Notes: a model not told the origin generated them from the sequence alone. A stretch of DNA of 64,000 bases from Octopus vulgaris (GCA_951406725.2 OX597827.1:65410001-65474000); one strand, 5' to 3'; positions 1 to 13,152 are shown, numbered from the stretch's first letter. A program made the numbers and translations.

Positions 1-225
1 CCCCATTTTCAAAAAATTATCGAATGTTATCGATGTCCTCGCGCGCACACACCAACATACACACTCGTACATAGAAAACATTCGGTAATTTCTTGAAAAT
101 GGGGTCATAACCTCGAAATATTGAATGCAAGTTAAGTCTATATTAATTCATATATTTCCTTTCTTGGGATTTGCTTTGCATTTACTTCGCATTTATCTGG
201 CCTTACCCATGATCCTTTATATAAT
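1..225. mobile_element. Short fold-back element, probably PLE pLTR-derived, cut by the window edge; same family as 46858-47010
   Basis: 1-36 is an imperfect reverse complement of 69-104. 90-225 aligns by eye with the minus strand of 46858-46992. Ends in (TA)n. Confidence 0.6.
90..125 (+). ncRNA. Minimal type I hammerhead ribozyme-like motif (U3:A8 variant)
   Basis: ttc-TTGAAAA-t-gggg tcataa cctc-GAAA-ta-TT-gaa: 3-bp stem I, 4-bp stem II, self-complementary AATATT at stem III. Confidence 0.5.
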
Positions 226-235
226 ATATATATAA

Positions 236-575
236 GGCGCAGGCTGTCTGTTTTGTGAGAAGATTGCTTCTCAACTACATCGCTTCGTTTTCAGAAGCAC
301 TGCTTGGCACCTTTGGTGGGTGTTTTATACTATAGCCTTGGGCCGACCACAACCTTGCCTTTGGATTTGGGAGACGGAAACTAAAAGAAGCCCGTCATAT
401 ATGTATGTGTGTGTGTCTTTATGTCTTTGTCTACTCCCCCCATCACCACTTGACAAGCATTGTTGGTGTGTGTACGTCCGCGTAATCTTGCGGTTCGTAA
501 AGGAGACCCGAGCGAGTTAGTACTAATCTTACGAAATAAGCCCCGGGATCGATTTGTTTGACTACAACCCTTCAA
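236..575 (+). mobile_element. tRNA-derived SINE, family A (diverged)
   Basis: Shares ctatagcc(t)tgggccgacc...gacggaaact(g/a)aaagaagcccgtc...gcggttcg...ggatcgattt with copies at 29720, 28183 and 52045. Confidence 0.75.
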
Positions 576-608
576 GTATAAACGAATAAAACAAAGAACC
601 AAAGAAAA

Positions 609-662
<54 letters not shown>

Positions 663-904
663 CCTTCGATGCGTAGAATAGATGAAAAAGGGACAACTGA
701 AGAAAGGGAATATTCATTATGTTGTATGTCACGTTTCTCTGTTTATTATTTTTTTTTTTCGTTGTTCGAAAAAAGTTCGTTTCCATATTTTGTTTATATG
801 TTTTCATTTCTCATTGTGTTCAACGTCTTTTTGATATCGTGTGGCCATATGTGCCTGTGTATATATATACATATATATGTAGGTATATATGCATATATCT
901 ATAT

Positions 905-938
<34 letters not shown>

Positions 939-1029
939 TGTATGTATATATATATGTATGTATATATCTATATATATATATATATATGTATGTATATATG
1001 TATGTATATATAAATATGTATATATATAA

Positions 1030-1105
<76 letters not shown>

Positions 1106-1756
1106 TTAAATAAATAAATATATATAGGAATGTCGAAGATACTGATGGAAGTTAAGGAAAAAGTAAATCGTTTCATATTTGCTGAAGATTTTCTTTCTTG
1201 AGGCATTCTATATCTTATAATAGAAATGTATATTCACCAGAATTGAAAAATCTTGGAAAAGTGGAGTATGTGAGGTTACAATAAGAAAAGCTTGGGGAGA
1301 ATTTAAAATATAAATAGTGTAGCTACAGTAAATGAAAGAAAAAAAAAACATGAAGAGCGACAAAAAAAAAGGTAACTCTGAGAAAAAAATATATTTCTAT
1401 CCAGACAAAGAAAAATGGTGGCAGCTGATATCTCGAAAACTGTTAAGGCTTAGTTGAATAGACGTACTGAAGTTAACAAGAGAAACGAGGGGACCAGAAA
1501 TGAAATACCTAGGTTACAAAAATCAGTAAACATTATAATATATACTTAGAATACATCATATGTCTAATATACAACAGAAAACAGTTGTATTTTGTGTGTT
1601 GGTGTCACGTTTTCTGTTATGCTGATATTTGTGATTTCAGTCCGTTTTTATATATACTTTGAGCAAAGATTTGTACACAATTCTGACAAAATAACATAAA
1701 AAATTAATTTCCTTCCATTTTCAATTCGGTTGGCTGGTGATCTCTTTTCTCATATG

Positions 1757-1799
<43 letters not shown>

Positions 1800-2044
1800 C
1801 ACACACACACACAGACACACACACGTACACACACAGAAACGCAAGCACACACGATATACGATATTTACTCACAAATTTTATTGTTTTATTTGCCTCGACA
1901 TTTACCGATGTCAGAAAAGAACTGGTCCACTATTTCACGTTCCCTCGAAATATATAAACATTCTTATAAGACCATCCATATATGCTTGTTGTTCCAAAAC
2001 CTGTCTTCGTCTTTTTGTCTCTCTATAAATGTGAACTACACACA

Positions 2045-2118
<74 letters not shown>

Positions 2119-2348
2119 ACCTCGTTTCCATCTCGTTTAAAAAAAGCCTCCGTTACAGTTTTGTGAGGAATATTTTATTCACTTCAAGCGAAAAGCAAGA
2201 AGACCGGAATAATCCTGAAGTCTATGCCTGTCTGTACGTGTTGAATGATGGTGAATTGACTTTTCGATGTGAAAGTAGGATCTGAGTATAAAATATCTGG
2301 CATAAATAGACGCAACCTATGTTCCTCTTCCCTTTTCCGTGTGTGTAC

Positions 2349-2430
<82 letters not shown>
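609..2430. repeat. Microsatellite cluster: (TA)n 609-660, (TA/TG)n 858-1102, (CA)n 1757-1832 and 2038-2116, (TACA)n(TA)n 2347-2430
   Basis: Direct reading; these generate the spurious YIYI/HTHT ORFs. Confidence 0.95.
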
Positions 2431-2434
<4 letters not shown>

Positions 2435-3106
2435 ATATTTCGGAATGGTCATATTGCCAGTTTAGCCAATAAAAACACACGCACTATATATTTGGTGTTA
2501 TTTTGCTTCAGTGATATTTATTTTTTACATTAATATTAATCTTATTTCGGCCAAAGTTCTTTCGTCACACTCCTGTGACCGCATCAGTGGTCCTTTGTTT
2601 TCTTCTCACTTACTTGTGTCTCTCCTTACTAACCGTCAGCCATTTTGTATTTCTATTGTATGTCTTCATTTGCGCATGCTTATATCTCTATGTGCGTCTA
2701 TGTTTATTTAGTGTGTGGGGGGATGTCTGTAATATTTGTATCTTCTGGTTATATACATTCTTGTAATTTGTATTTTGTTTTTGTTGTTGTTGCTTTTGTT
2801 CTAATTTTGTTCATGTGTTTACATCCACCCATTATTATCATTACATATGCTTGTATGTATGTATAACAACAATATTAGTAATAATAATAATAAATCTAAT
2901 CGAGAAAAAAAAAAAAAAAAAAAGAATATACATATACATATATATATATATACATACATATACATATACATATATATATATACATATATACACACACATA
3001 TACACATATACATATACACATATATACACATATACATACACATAGATATTCATTTCTATTTCTTTAATTACCTGTGTATTTATTATGTTTGCAGGATCCA
3101 CTATTG

Positions 3107-4826
3107 TCATATGTTGTGGTGTGCGCTATTGCTCCATTCTAGTTTTCTATTCAGGCTAGGTTTATTTTCTATTATATGTGTAGCTTCTGTAATTTGTCTA
3201 ATTGTTGCATCTGTTCTATGTGTGGACAATATCTTAATCTCTATGTTATTGATTGATCCCCCGTGTTCTTGTTCGGCGTGTTGGTACAGAATCGATGAGC
3301 TTTTACCTTCCTTGAGTTGTCTCCAATGTTCATTCACCCGCTCACCAATGCTTCTTGCAGTTTCCCCTACGTATGTTACTGTCTTGTTACTGCATCTTCC
3401 CTCTATACATCTTATACTATAGACCACATTTCTGGCTTTACAGTTCGTTTGTGGGCTAAATCTACATACAGTGCAATAGTTATCCGTACAGAGAGTTCTA
3501 CTAAAAGGATAGGTTCTACCAATTATAGATCTGATAGGGTTGCCTGGCTTTACAACAACCTTAATTCTTAGTTTAAGTTTATCTAGGGTCCTTCTAAAGC
3601 GGTACGCTAGTTCACCTCCAGGAGTGGTGTCAACGAACATGACACTCTGGTATTTATGGCTATCATACCAAGAGTTGGCCTTCCTTATTTTCTTTTTGTC
3701 CTTTCTATAGTGTTCCATGACTTGTTCCTATAGAGTGGGCAAATCCCATTCCTATCATTACATAATATATTATCAAATTTCTTCATGGCTCCTTTGTATA
3801 CTCTGATCCTTTCTTTATGGCTGTAACCTGAGAACTGCATGCGGTGAATGAAATACTGTATGTGTCTCTTTAATTCTGTAGGCTCGCACATGCGTGACAC
3901 ATTTCTCATTATTCTGACGAGGTCTGCCATCAAAATATTGAATTTGGCATTGCCCGCAATGGCTGAGTTCCGGTGGATCAGGTATTTTGAGGCCATAGGT
4001 TTTGCATAGTATGAATGAAGGATTTGGGTTTTATTTTTCACAATTTCTAGCCAGAGTTCAGTGTCTAGTACTGGTAGTCTATGGTTGGGGTGTTTAGTGG
4101 GGTAGTCTATTGTGACCTTAATACTCTGGTGGATGGAGTTAGCTATTTGCTGGATGCTCTCCATAGTATTAGTTTCTATTACTATATCAACCGTACTCTC
4201 TTGTGGGGGTGCCTTTACTACTATATTGATATCATCAACATAGCGAGAGTACATGTTTATGAGTATGGATTTCTGCAGTAGGCATTCTTTAAGCCTTCTG
4301 TCCCACCATACCATGAAGAGGTTGGCCACATCACCAGCGATACTAACACCGATGGCTGCCCCCTCGTCCTGGGCATATATTTTATTATTAAATTTAAATG
4401 TGTGGCCTTTTAGGGTAACTCTTATACTAGCTCCTAGTGCATGTGCGATCATTTTCTTTACCTGATGGACATTTGAGGGGATCCGTATGGCTCTGGTCCA
4501 TCCGCATGCCATCTTTCTATATGTGTCTTCCTAGCCATAGAAGTAATTGTAGGCGGTCTACCTCTTAAACATCTACTGGGGCAGAAACTACTAAGATTAT
4601 GTTTATCTAAGTATTCACTATTATATGTCAGTCTAAGTAGGAGGCCCAGTTCTTCTGTGTCGACATTACAGAACTCCACCTGGCTCTCGTTGATCATCTC
4701 CACGCACTTCTCCACTGCAAAATCTACGTCAATCGATGGGTATAGGGATACCACATCCATGCTACCTACTATACATCCTGTCAAGTCACAAGTTTTGTTA
4801 CAGTCACTGATCCTGCTTAGGAGATC
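3107..4826 (-). pseudogene. Penelope-like element RT/GIY-YIG, left arm, 5'-truncated, two frameshifts (about 4505 and 3690)
   Basis: ORFs 4458-4784, 3685-4512 and 3107-3718 together reproduce the 558-aa protein of the right arm. Confidence 0.93.
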
Positions 4827-4832
4827 TCCTAA

Positions 4833-6551
4833 GATCTCCTAAGCAGGATCAGTGACTGTAACAAAACTTGTGACTTGACAGGATGTATAGTAGGTAGCAT
4901 GGATGTGGTATCCCTATACCCATCGATTGACGTAGATTTTGCAGTGGAGAAGTGCGTGGAGATGATCAACGAGAGCCAGGTGGAGTTCTGTAATGTCGAC
5001 ACAGAAGAACTGGGCCTCCTACTTAGACTGACATATAATAGTGAATACTTAGATAAACATAATCTTAGTAGTTTCTGCCCCAGTAGATGTTTAAGAGGTA
5101 GACCGCCTACAATTACTTCTATGGCTAGGAAGACACATATAGAAAGATGGCGCGGATGGACCAGAGCCATACGGATCCCCGCAAATGTCCATCAGGTAAA
5201 GAAAATGATCGCACATGCACTAGGAGCTAGTATAAGAGTTACCCTAAAAGGCCACACATTTAAATTTAATAATAAAATATATGCCCAGGACGAGGGGGCA
5301 GCCATCGGTGTTAGTATCGCTGGTGATGTGGCCAACCTCTTCATGGTATGGTGGGACAGAAGGCTTAAAGAATGCCTACTGCAGAAATCCATACTCGTAA
5401 ACATGTACTCTCGCTATGTTGATGATATCAATATAGTAGTAAAGGCACCCCCACAAGAGAGTACGGTTGATATAGTAATAGAAACTAATACTATGGAGAG
5501 CATCCAGCAAATAGCTAACTCCATCCACCAGAGTATTAAGGTCACAATAGACTACCCCACTAAACACCCCAACCATAGACTACCAGTACTAGACACTGAA
5601 CTCTGGCTAGAAATTGTGAAAAATAAAACCCAAATCCTTCATTCATACTATGCAAAACCTATGGCCTCAAAATACCTGATCCACCGGAACTCAGCCATTG
5701 CGGGCAATGCCAAATTCAATATTTTGATGGCAGACCTCGTCAGAATAATGAGAAATGTGTCACGCATGTGCGAGCCTACAGAATTAAAGAGACACATACA
5801 GTATTTCATTCACCGCATGCAGTTCTCAGGTTACAGCCATAAAGAAAGGATCAGAGTATACAAAGGAGCCATGAAGAAATTTGATAATATATTATGTAAT
5901 GATAGGAATGGGATTTGCCCACTCTATAGGAACAAGTCATGGAACACTATAGAAAGGACAAAAAAGAAAATAAGGAAGGCCAACTCTTGGTATGATAGCC
6001 ATAAATACCAGAGTGTCATGTTCGTTGACACCACCCCTGGAGGTGAACTAGCGTACCGCTTTAGAAGGACCCTAGATAAACTTAAACTAAGAATTAAGGT
6101 TGTTGTAAAGCCAGGCAACCCTATCAGATCTATAATTGGTAGAACCTATCCTTTTAGTAGAACTCTCTGTACGGATAACTATTGCACTGTATGTAGATTT
6201 AGCCCACAAACGAACTGTAAAGCCAGAAATGTGGTCTATAGTATAAGATGTATAGAGGGAAGATGCAGTAACAAGACAGTAACATACGTAGGGGAAACTG
6301 CAAGAAGCATTGGTGAGCGGGTGAATGAACATTGGAGACAACTCAAGGAAGGTAAAAGCTCATCGATTCTGTACCAACACGCCGAACAAGAACACGGGGG
6401 ATCAATCAATAACATAGAGATTAAGATATTGTCCACACATAGAACAGATGCAACAATTAGACAAATTACAGAAGCTACACATATAATAGAAAATAAACCT
6501 AGCCTGAATAGAAAACTAGAATGGAGCAATAGCGCACACCACAACATATGA
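4833..6551 (+). CDS. Penelope-like element reverse transcriptase + C-terminal GIY-YIG endonuclease, 5'-truncated at the palindrome centre but otherwise open
   Basis: RT motifs [37 protein letters not shown] and LPVLD. Cys-rich linker CTDNYCTVC. Endonuclease NVVYSIRC...YVGETAR...R..EH...H...H...RQITEA...LN. Frame is open from 4833 ([11 protein letters not shown]). Confidence 0.95.
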   Translation, partial: DLLSRISDCNKTCDLTGCIVGSMDVVSLYPSIDVDFAVEKCVEMINESQVEFCNVDTEELGLLLRLTYNSEYLDKHNLSSFCPSRCLRGRPPTITSMARKTHIERWRGWTRAIRIPANVHQVKKMIAHALGASIRVTLKGHTFKFNNKIYAQDEGAAIGVSIAGDVANLFMVWWDRRLKECLLQKSILVNMYSRYVDDINIVVKAPPQESTVDIVIETNTMESIQQIANSIHQSIKVTIDYPTKHPNHRLPVLDTELWLEIVKNKTQILHSYYAKPMASKYLIHRNSAIAGNAKFNILMADLVRIMRNVSRMCEPTELKRHIQYFIHRMQFSGYSHKERIRVYKGAMKKFDNILCNDRNGICPLYRNKSWNTIERTKKKIRKANSWYDSHKYQSVMFVDTTPGGELAYRFRRTLDKLKLRIKVVVKPGNPIRSIIGRTYPFSRTLCTDNYCTVCRFSPQTNCKARNVVYSIRCIEGRCSNKTVTYVGETARSIGERVNEHWRQLKEGKSSSILYQHAEQEHGGSINNIEIKILSTHRTDATIRQITEATHIIENKPSLNRKLEWSNSAHHNI

Positions 6552-7070
6552 CAATAGTGGATCCTGCAAACATAATAAATACACAGGTAATTAAAGAAAT
6601 AGAAATGAATATCTATGTGTATGTATATGTGTATATATGTGTATATGTATATGTGTATATGTGTGTGTATATATGTATATATATATATGTATATGTATAT
6701 GTATGTATATATATATATATGTATATGTATATTCTTTTTTTTCTTTTTTTTTTTTCTCGATTAGATTTATTATTATTATTACTAATATTGTTGTTATACA
6801 TACATACAAGCATATGTAATGATAATAATGGGTGGATGTAAACACATGAACAAAATTAGAACAAAAGCAACAACAACAAAAACAAAATACAAATTACAAG
6901 AATGTATATAACCAGAAGATACAAATATTACAGACATCCCCCCCACACACTAAATAAACATAGACGCACATAGAGATATAAGCATGCGCAAATGAAGACA
7001 TACAATAGAAATACAAAATGGCTGACGGTTAGTAAGGAGAGACACAAGTAAGTGAGAAGAAAACAAAGGA

Positions 7071-7110
7071 CCACTGATGCGGTCACAGGAGTGTGACGAA
7101 AGAACTTTGG
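7071..7110 (+). ncRNA. Hammerhead-like motif in the PLE 3' region (mirror copy 2551-2590, minus)
   Basis: cca-CTGATGC-g-gtcac aggagt gtgac-GAAA-gaac-TT-tgg. Stems I and II pair, but A9 is C and stem III is weak. Confidence 0.4.
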
Positions 7111-7519
7111 CCGAAATAAGATTAAGATTAATGTAAAAAATAAATATCACTGAAGCAAAATAACACCAAATATATAGTGCGTGTGTTTTTATTGGCTAAA
7201 CTGGCAATATGACCATTCCGAAATATAACAATATCTGTTTCAACACACGACTTCACATAAAAAATCTTGCACAACAAATATTTAAACGTATATATATATA
7301 TATATACATGTATACATATATATACATGTATACATATGTGTACATATATATATATACATATATATATATACATATATATATGTATATATATACATATATA
7401 TATGTATATATATATACATATATATATATACATATATATATGTATATATATATGTGTGTGCACATATGTATATATATATATATATAAATGTTTGTGTATG
7501 TGTGCGTGCGAATGTGAAT

Positions 7520-7735
7520 GCCACACGATCCTCAGATGGTGGGTTCTATTCCCACCCACAGCGTTTGGCACGTAGTATTCTTGAGCAAAACACTTCATTT
7601 CACGTCGCTTCAGTCCCCCTTTAACTTCAAAGCGGCAAAAATAAACAACCCTGCATTGAGCAGTCGTCCCATCCAGAGCGTACGATAACCCACAGACTCC
7701 GTGGAACCATACTTAATAACCTATGACACGAGAAG
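7520..7735 (+). mobile_element. Diverged tRNA-derived SINE related to 43896-44140
   Basis: B-box-like ggttctattcc, ttcttgagcaaaacacttcatttcacg, and ccctgc...gtcccatccag motif. Confidence 0.55.
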
Positions 7736-7944
7736 TGTGTAAATCATATATGATACAAGAAATTACATATGATAAACCTCCAGGCATCCTGACATATTTA
7801 TTTTCAAAGAAATTTGCATCTATACAGGCACTATGCATTTAAGAGAATATCTGTCAGTACAGTATATTTTAAAATATTGTTTTTAGTCAGATTTTTTTTC
7901 TTATCTCGCAGGGTGTTCATAGTTTTCTTATAGTTTCTATATGT

Positions 7945-8635
7945 AAGCACAAGTGTAAGCTTAGTCGTAAGAATCTGGTTTCTCACCTAAGTGGTTCTGG
8001 AATCAGTCTCATGTTGTGTCACCCTGGCAAGCGTCTTCTAATATCGCCCCGGGACGACCGAAATCTTGTGAGTGGATGCTGTATATGTGCCTGTGTGTGT
8101 GTGCGTGGCAGACTTTGTGTATGTGTTTGTCCTCTCTCCACCATTTGACAATTAGTGTTGCTGTGTTTGAGTCCCTGTAACTTCGTGCTTCGTAAAGTCA
8201 TAGGGACTCCAACTCGAGAACGTGTAGAATCTGTTTGTTTGTTCCTTCTCGAGCCACGCCTGGCTCATTAGGGTCGGTTTCCCGGTTTCCTTGGCGTATA
8301 GGTTCCCCACCTGGACGGGACGCCAGTCCGTCGCAGGTGAGCTGCAAATATGCAGGAGGAAAGAGTGAGAGAAAGTTGTGGCGAAAGGGTCAGCAGAGGT
8401 TCACCATTATCTTCTACCGGAACCGCGTGGAGCTTAGGTGTTTCGCTCGTAAACACACACACCGCCCGGTCTGAGATTCGAATGTAGAATATGTAGGAGG
8501 CCTTAAAAAAGAAAAGATAAATAACAGGCTTACAAAAGAAAATAATTATTGTGGTTCATTCTTTTTTCGACTAAACCTTTCACTGAAGTGTCCAAGCATG
8601 GCCGGAATCCAAAGACTGAAGCAATTGAAAGATGA
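7945..8635 (+). mobile_element. Old family A SINE (7945-8200 plus tail 8525-8635) interrupted by a younger SINE
   Basis: ggcaagcgtcttcta...gaccgaaatcttgtgagtggat core; tail gcatggccg...gactgaagcaa. Confidence 0.6.
8235..8482 (-). mobile_element. SINE family C (tail type iii), 5'-truncated, with target-site duplication
   Basis: Closely matches 51372-51687. Flanked by tgtagaat(c/a)tgt at 8223 and 8483. Confidence 0.85.
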
Positions 8636-9404
8636 ATATATCGATGTCATACAACAAAGGATATTTCTGTTAATTACATTGATAAAATATCTCATTTTAC
8701 ACATCCCCGTATTTCAAATTTCTTAAAGTTTCATAAATAACAGTCTCGACATCTTACTCACCTGGTAAAAAGTTTTATTTCCCACTCTCGCATTTCTCCC
8801 AAGGATTGCAAATTGATATTGAAAAATTCATTTAGTACCTCCCTATAATGATTTTGTAAAATTTCTCCTAAAATTTTACATAAATATATATTTTTCCTTT
8901 CCCCTGTAGGCACAAAGTCTGAAATTTCGTTGGACGGGGCGCGTCGAAGACAAATTAACCTCCATGGCATTTGCACTGGCAGCGTAAAAAGCCAGAAGAA
9001 ATACCGATAAGCATTTTACAGACACACTAATGATTCTTCTACCTCACCTTTTTGCCATGGCTATTGATTTAGTTTTAGTTCAAACACAATTGGTGAAAGT
9101 AAATTTGGAATATTGCTGATGTAGCGATTTACTATTTTTTCGTAAGTCCACATTCTATAAACGTGTATTTCACTCTTTCATGCGAAATGGAATTCTAGTG
9201 AACAACATTGACAACTGTCAACTTAGTGCTGCTGTCTGCTACTCAACACTCTCTTAATATCTTCACGTCTTGTGACGTAAAGTGGTTGGATGTCAGTTTT
9301 ATTGCATAATACGTGATGTTCCTTTAAATGTTTCCAAGCTCTATAGATTCTAGATGTATTAAGTCCTTCACAAATAGTCCTGTCTCCTATTGGTATAAAG
9401 CCTG

Positions 9405-10509
9405 AAACTAAGTGGTGGTGGTGGTGGTGGTGGTGGTGGTGGCTGTGGTGGAGTTAGTGGGGCTGGTCAGTTATATCGAATGCTCTGCTCAACTGCTCGA
9501 TTTCAGGAGGATGAAATTAAAAGTCAACCTCGATGACCTTTGAACCCGGGGAGTACAGCCGGAAAAAATGCCGCTAAGCATATTCTACGACATGGCATAT
9601 ATTTCGCCTAGCCACCACCATAAATGTTTTGAATAATATTCCTTTTCAGCAATAGGAACAAGTCTTGAATTCCTGTGTGTCTGTGAGTGTGTGTGTGTGT
9701 GTGTGGGGGGGGAGAAAAGTCTAGTTGAGCACATTGAACATAATGTCCGATTAATATTTATTTTATTCACCCCGAACGGATAAAAAGCAAAGTCGGCATT
9801 GGCGGAGCTTGAACTCAGAATGTAATGATGGACGAAATGCCGTTAAGCATTTTGTCCGGGGTACTATCGATTCCGCCGGCTGGCCGCCTTAGGTTTTTGA
9901 CTAGATATGGTTTCAAATTTTTGGCACAAGGCCAGCAAGTACGAGAAAGTGGGCTAAGTCGATTACATGGAGCCCACTCCCCGTGTTCAGCTGTTACTTA
10001 TGTTATCGATCCTGAGAGGTTGTAAAGCAAAGTCGACCTCAGTGGAATTTGAACTTAGAATGTAAAGATAGACGAAATGCCGCGAAGTATTTTCTCCTGG
10101 TGTACTAACGACTCTTATCTACTCTAGGCACAAGGCCCAAAATGTTGGGGGAGGGGGCCAGTTGATTAGATCGACCTCAGTACGCCAAATGGTGCTTAAT
10201 TTATCCACCCCAAAAAGATGAAAGTCAAAGTCGACCTCGGCGGAATTTGAACACAGAATGTAATGACAGACGAAATACCTATTTCTTTACTACCCACAAG
10301 GGGCTAAACACAGAGAAGACAAACAAGGGCAGACAAACGGATTAAGTTGATTATATCGACCCAAGTGCGTAACTAGTACTTATTTAATCGACCCTGAAAG
10401 GAAGAAAGGCAAAGTCGACCTCGGCGGAATTTGAACTCAGAACGTAGCGGTGGACGAAATACTGCTAAGCATTTCGCTCGGCGTGCTAACGTTTCTGCCA
10501 GCTCGCCGC
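9405..10509 (-). mobile_element. Head-to-tail cluster of about five family B SINE copies
   Basis: Core aaagtcgacctcggcggaatttgaactcagaa recurs near 9520, 9789, 10029, 10227 and 10411. The most complete copy is 10279-10509. Confidence 0.85.
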
Positions 10510-10587
10510 TTTGCATTCTTGACTAATAATAAATGCAAACGCAGTTGTTACAGATAAGGTAATAATGGGTCATAAGTTATTTTTGCC

Positions 10588-10828
10588 GGCGCAATGGCCC
10601 AGTGGATAGGGCAGCGGAATCGCGGTTGTAGGGTCGCAGTGTCGATTCCCAGACCCGGCGTCGTGAGTGTTTATTCAGCGAAAACATCTAAAGCTACACG
10701 AGGCTCCGGCAGGCGGGTGTAGCGATCCTTGCTGTACACTTTCGCCACAACTTTCTCTCACTCTTCTGTTGACCTGCTCGCTTAGCCAGTGAGGTGGCGT
10801 CATTTGAAGGCTAAAACAATGCGGTGAT
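10588..10828 (+). mobile_element. SINE family C (tail type i) with 12-bp TSD
   Basis: tRNA-like head ggcgcaatggcccagtgg...tcgattccc; gttatttttgcc duplicated at 10576-10587 and 10829-10840. Confidence 0.85.
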
Positions 10829-11969
10829 GTTATTTTTGCCAGTTAAGTTCTGTTTTGACCTCGGAACAATTATTTTAAGCATTTATATTCAAACAGATTT
10901 TGAGTCAAATGTTTTAAATCTCGTCTATATCTACATTAAGATGTTTGATCTTGCTAACCACATAATCTGGAGGTGAAGATAATTGGTAATGTATCAGTTT
11001 AGAGAGATAATATTAGGCACAAGGAGGAGATAAAGTCACAAATATATTTTTCATATGTGTCTCCTGTATCTCATCCTTTTGAAGAGTTGCTATTAACTAA
11101 AGTCATCCAACGCATTAAATGATGTCGTAGTGAATAATTTATATCTTAGAATACGAGGAAAGTTTTCATCTTTAATATTTAAAAATATAATCCTCCAGGA
11201 TAGCAGATCTGAATAGGCTACACATGAAAGAGAGGGAAAATGAAACAGCATTCTTGATACTCTTGATATAGCGATGTTACCGTATATAGAAGAGAAACTA
11301 GATATTTAGGGAAAAAAGAACATATGTAAAACATAAATAATCGCCTTTGAACTTGAAGTATTGAAGTATTTTCAGTAATACACTTCTCAACAATACCGTT
11401 CAGCAGTGGAATGAGATTTAGAGAACAATATCATACTTCGATATTCAATTAGAGATAGGCTTTCCATGTATAAAGTTCAGAAAAATACATAGACAGTTAT
11501 CAAATCTCATTATAGAAGGTTGGCTATCAAATATTCCTTTCAAATGGAATCAATATTCCACTTCAGAATCTTGATATCAATATGAGATATCAAATGCACT
11601 TGTATGAAATAAAAGTGCCACACTTTGATAAAAGCATAAAATGAAAGCATGTTCTAATATAAAAATCACACACACACACAGATACACATATACACACATA
11701 CACGTACATACTCAATGAGTTCAGGATGCGTTGTCTCACCTGGTCGAAGACATTTAGTGTTCTTTAACACAAGGCGTCCTGTTAAGAGGTTTCCCAGGAA
11801 GCTGTCAGCTGCTCCATTGCTTGTGAGCGTTTGATCCAAGGAGTGTGCGTCCAATAACGCTTAGATTACCAGAGCTGATTTTAATCATTTTTACACACAC
11901 ACACACACACACACACAGACACACACACACACACACACATCACACACACACATCACACAGACACACACA

Positions 11970-12009
<40 letters not shown>

Positions 12010-12091
12010 AACCGATTTCCTAGAAAAGACAGCAACCACCGGGATTACATAAATCCCTTTAAACTCATTTTGATATATATATATATATATA

Positions 12092-12167
12092 GGTGACCAG
12101 TAAATTCCACCGCGGTAAATTCCACCACCAGGTAAATTCAACCATGTTTAATTTCACCACAGGTGAA

Positions 12168-12170
<3 letters not shown>
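12092..12170. repeat. Short array of ggtaaattccacc-like 15-16-mers followed by (ATT)n(GTT)n
   Basis: Four to five degenerate copies read directly. Confidence 0.6.
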
Positions 12171-12263
<93 letters not shown>

Positions 12264-12760
12264 ATTATTATTATTTTATTGGTTGCGATATCATGGAACT
12301 AAAAAAAACCCGGAATAACGACCAGGCTTTAAAAAATACAAGTACTGGGCTTAATTCCTTAGCGTAAAATTTCTTCCAGGATGTGCTCCAGCACAGCCGC
12401 ACTCTAATGTCTGAAACAAGTGAAAGATAAATAATGATACGCATGTATTCTGTTAGTGGTCGAAAACTGCGTCAGGTACTAACTTTTTGTATGTAGAAGA
12501 CGCACGTCATCTACACGCACTGAAGGCGTGTGGATATACCATTATTTTCATGTCTAAAACAGACTTCAGCAAAAAAAATATGAAAAAGCGTAAAGGTATT
12601 TCATGCAAATGACAAAAATAGTTTTAATTCAGTATTTTTCAGTAAATGATACATCATTTATGTACGAAATATACGAATTTTATCCTTTAATTTTAAGTCT
12701 TTCTCTGTACATAGCAATGGACATTCTACAGGTTGTATACGATTTAACTATTGACTAAGT

Positions 12761-13152
12761 AGTAGAGGCGCAATGGCCCAGTGGTTAGGGCAGCGGGCTC
12801 GCGGTCATAGGATCGCGGTTTCGATTCCCAGACCGGGCGTTGTGAGTGTGTATTGAGCGAAAACACCTAAAAGCTCCACGACGCTCCGGTAGGGGATGGT
12901 GGTGATCCCTGCTGTACTCTTTCCCCACAACTTTCTCTCACTCTTACTTCCTGTTTCTGTTATACCTGTATTTCAAGGGGCCGGCCTTGTCACTCTCTGT
13001 GTCACGCTGAATATCCACGAGAACTATGTTAAGGGTGCACGTGTCTGTGGAGTGCTCAGCCACTTACACGTTAATTTCACGAGCAGGCTGTTCCGTTGAT
13101 TCGGATCAACCGGAACCCTCATCGTCGTTACCGACGGAGTGCTTCCATCATC
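12761..13152 (+). mobile_element. SINE family C (tail type ii), full length, 11-bp TSD
   Basis: A box tggcccagtgg, B box gtttcgattcc; attgactaagt at 12750-12760 and 13153-13163. Confidence 0.88.

Larger units (their letters stand above)
2430..7231. repeat. Giant palindrome: about 2.4-kb arms (2430-4827, 4832-7231) with a 4-nt spacer
   Basis: Arms are reverse complements, including internal microsatellites, with only a handful of substitutions and indels. Centre reads cttaggagatct-ccta-agatctcctaag. Confidence 0.97.

Noticed and set aside
661-857. CTGAAGA...GAAA in an insert between TA tracts
   Set aside because: No convincing stems II/III or cleavage triplet.
12767-12840. tRNA genes at SINE heads (also 10588, 32869, 43896, 51960)
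   Set aside because: A/B boxes are present, but acceptor stems are broken and they continue into repeat bodies with TSDs.
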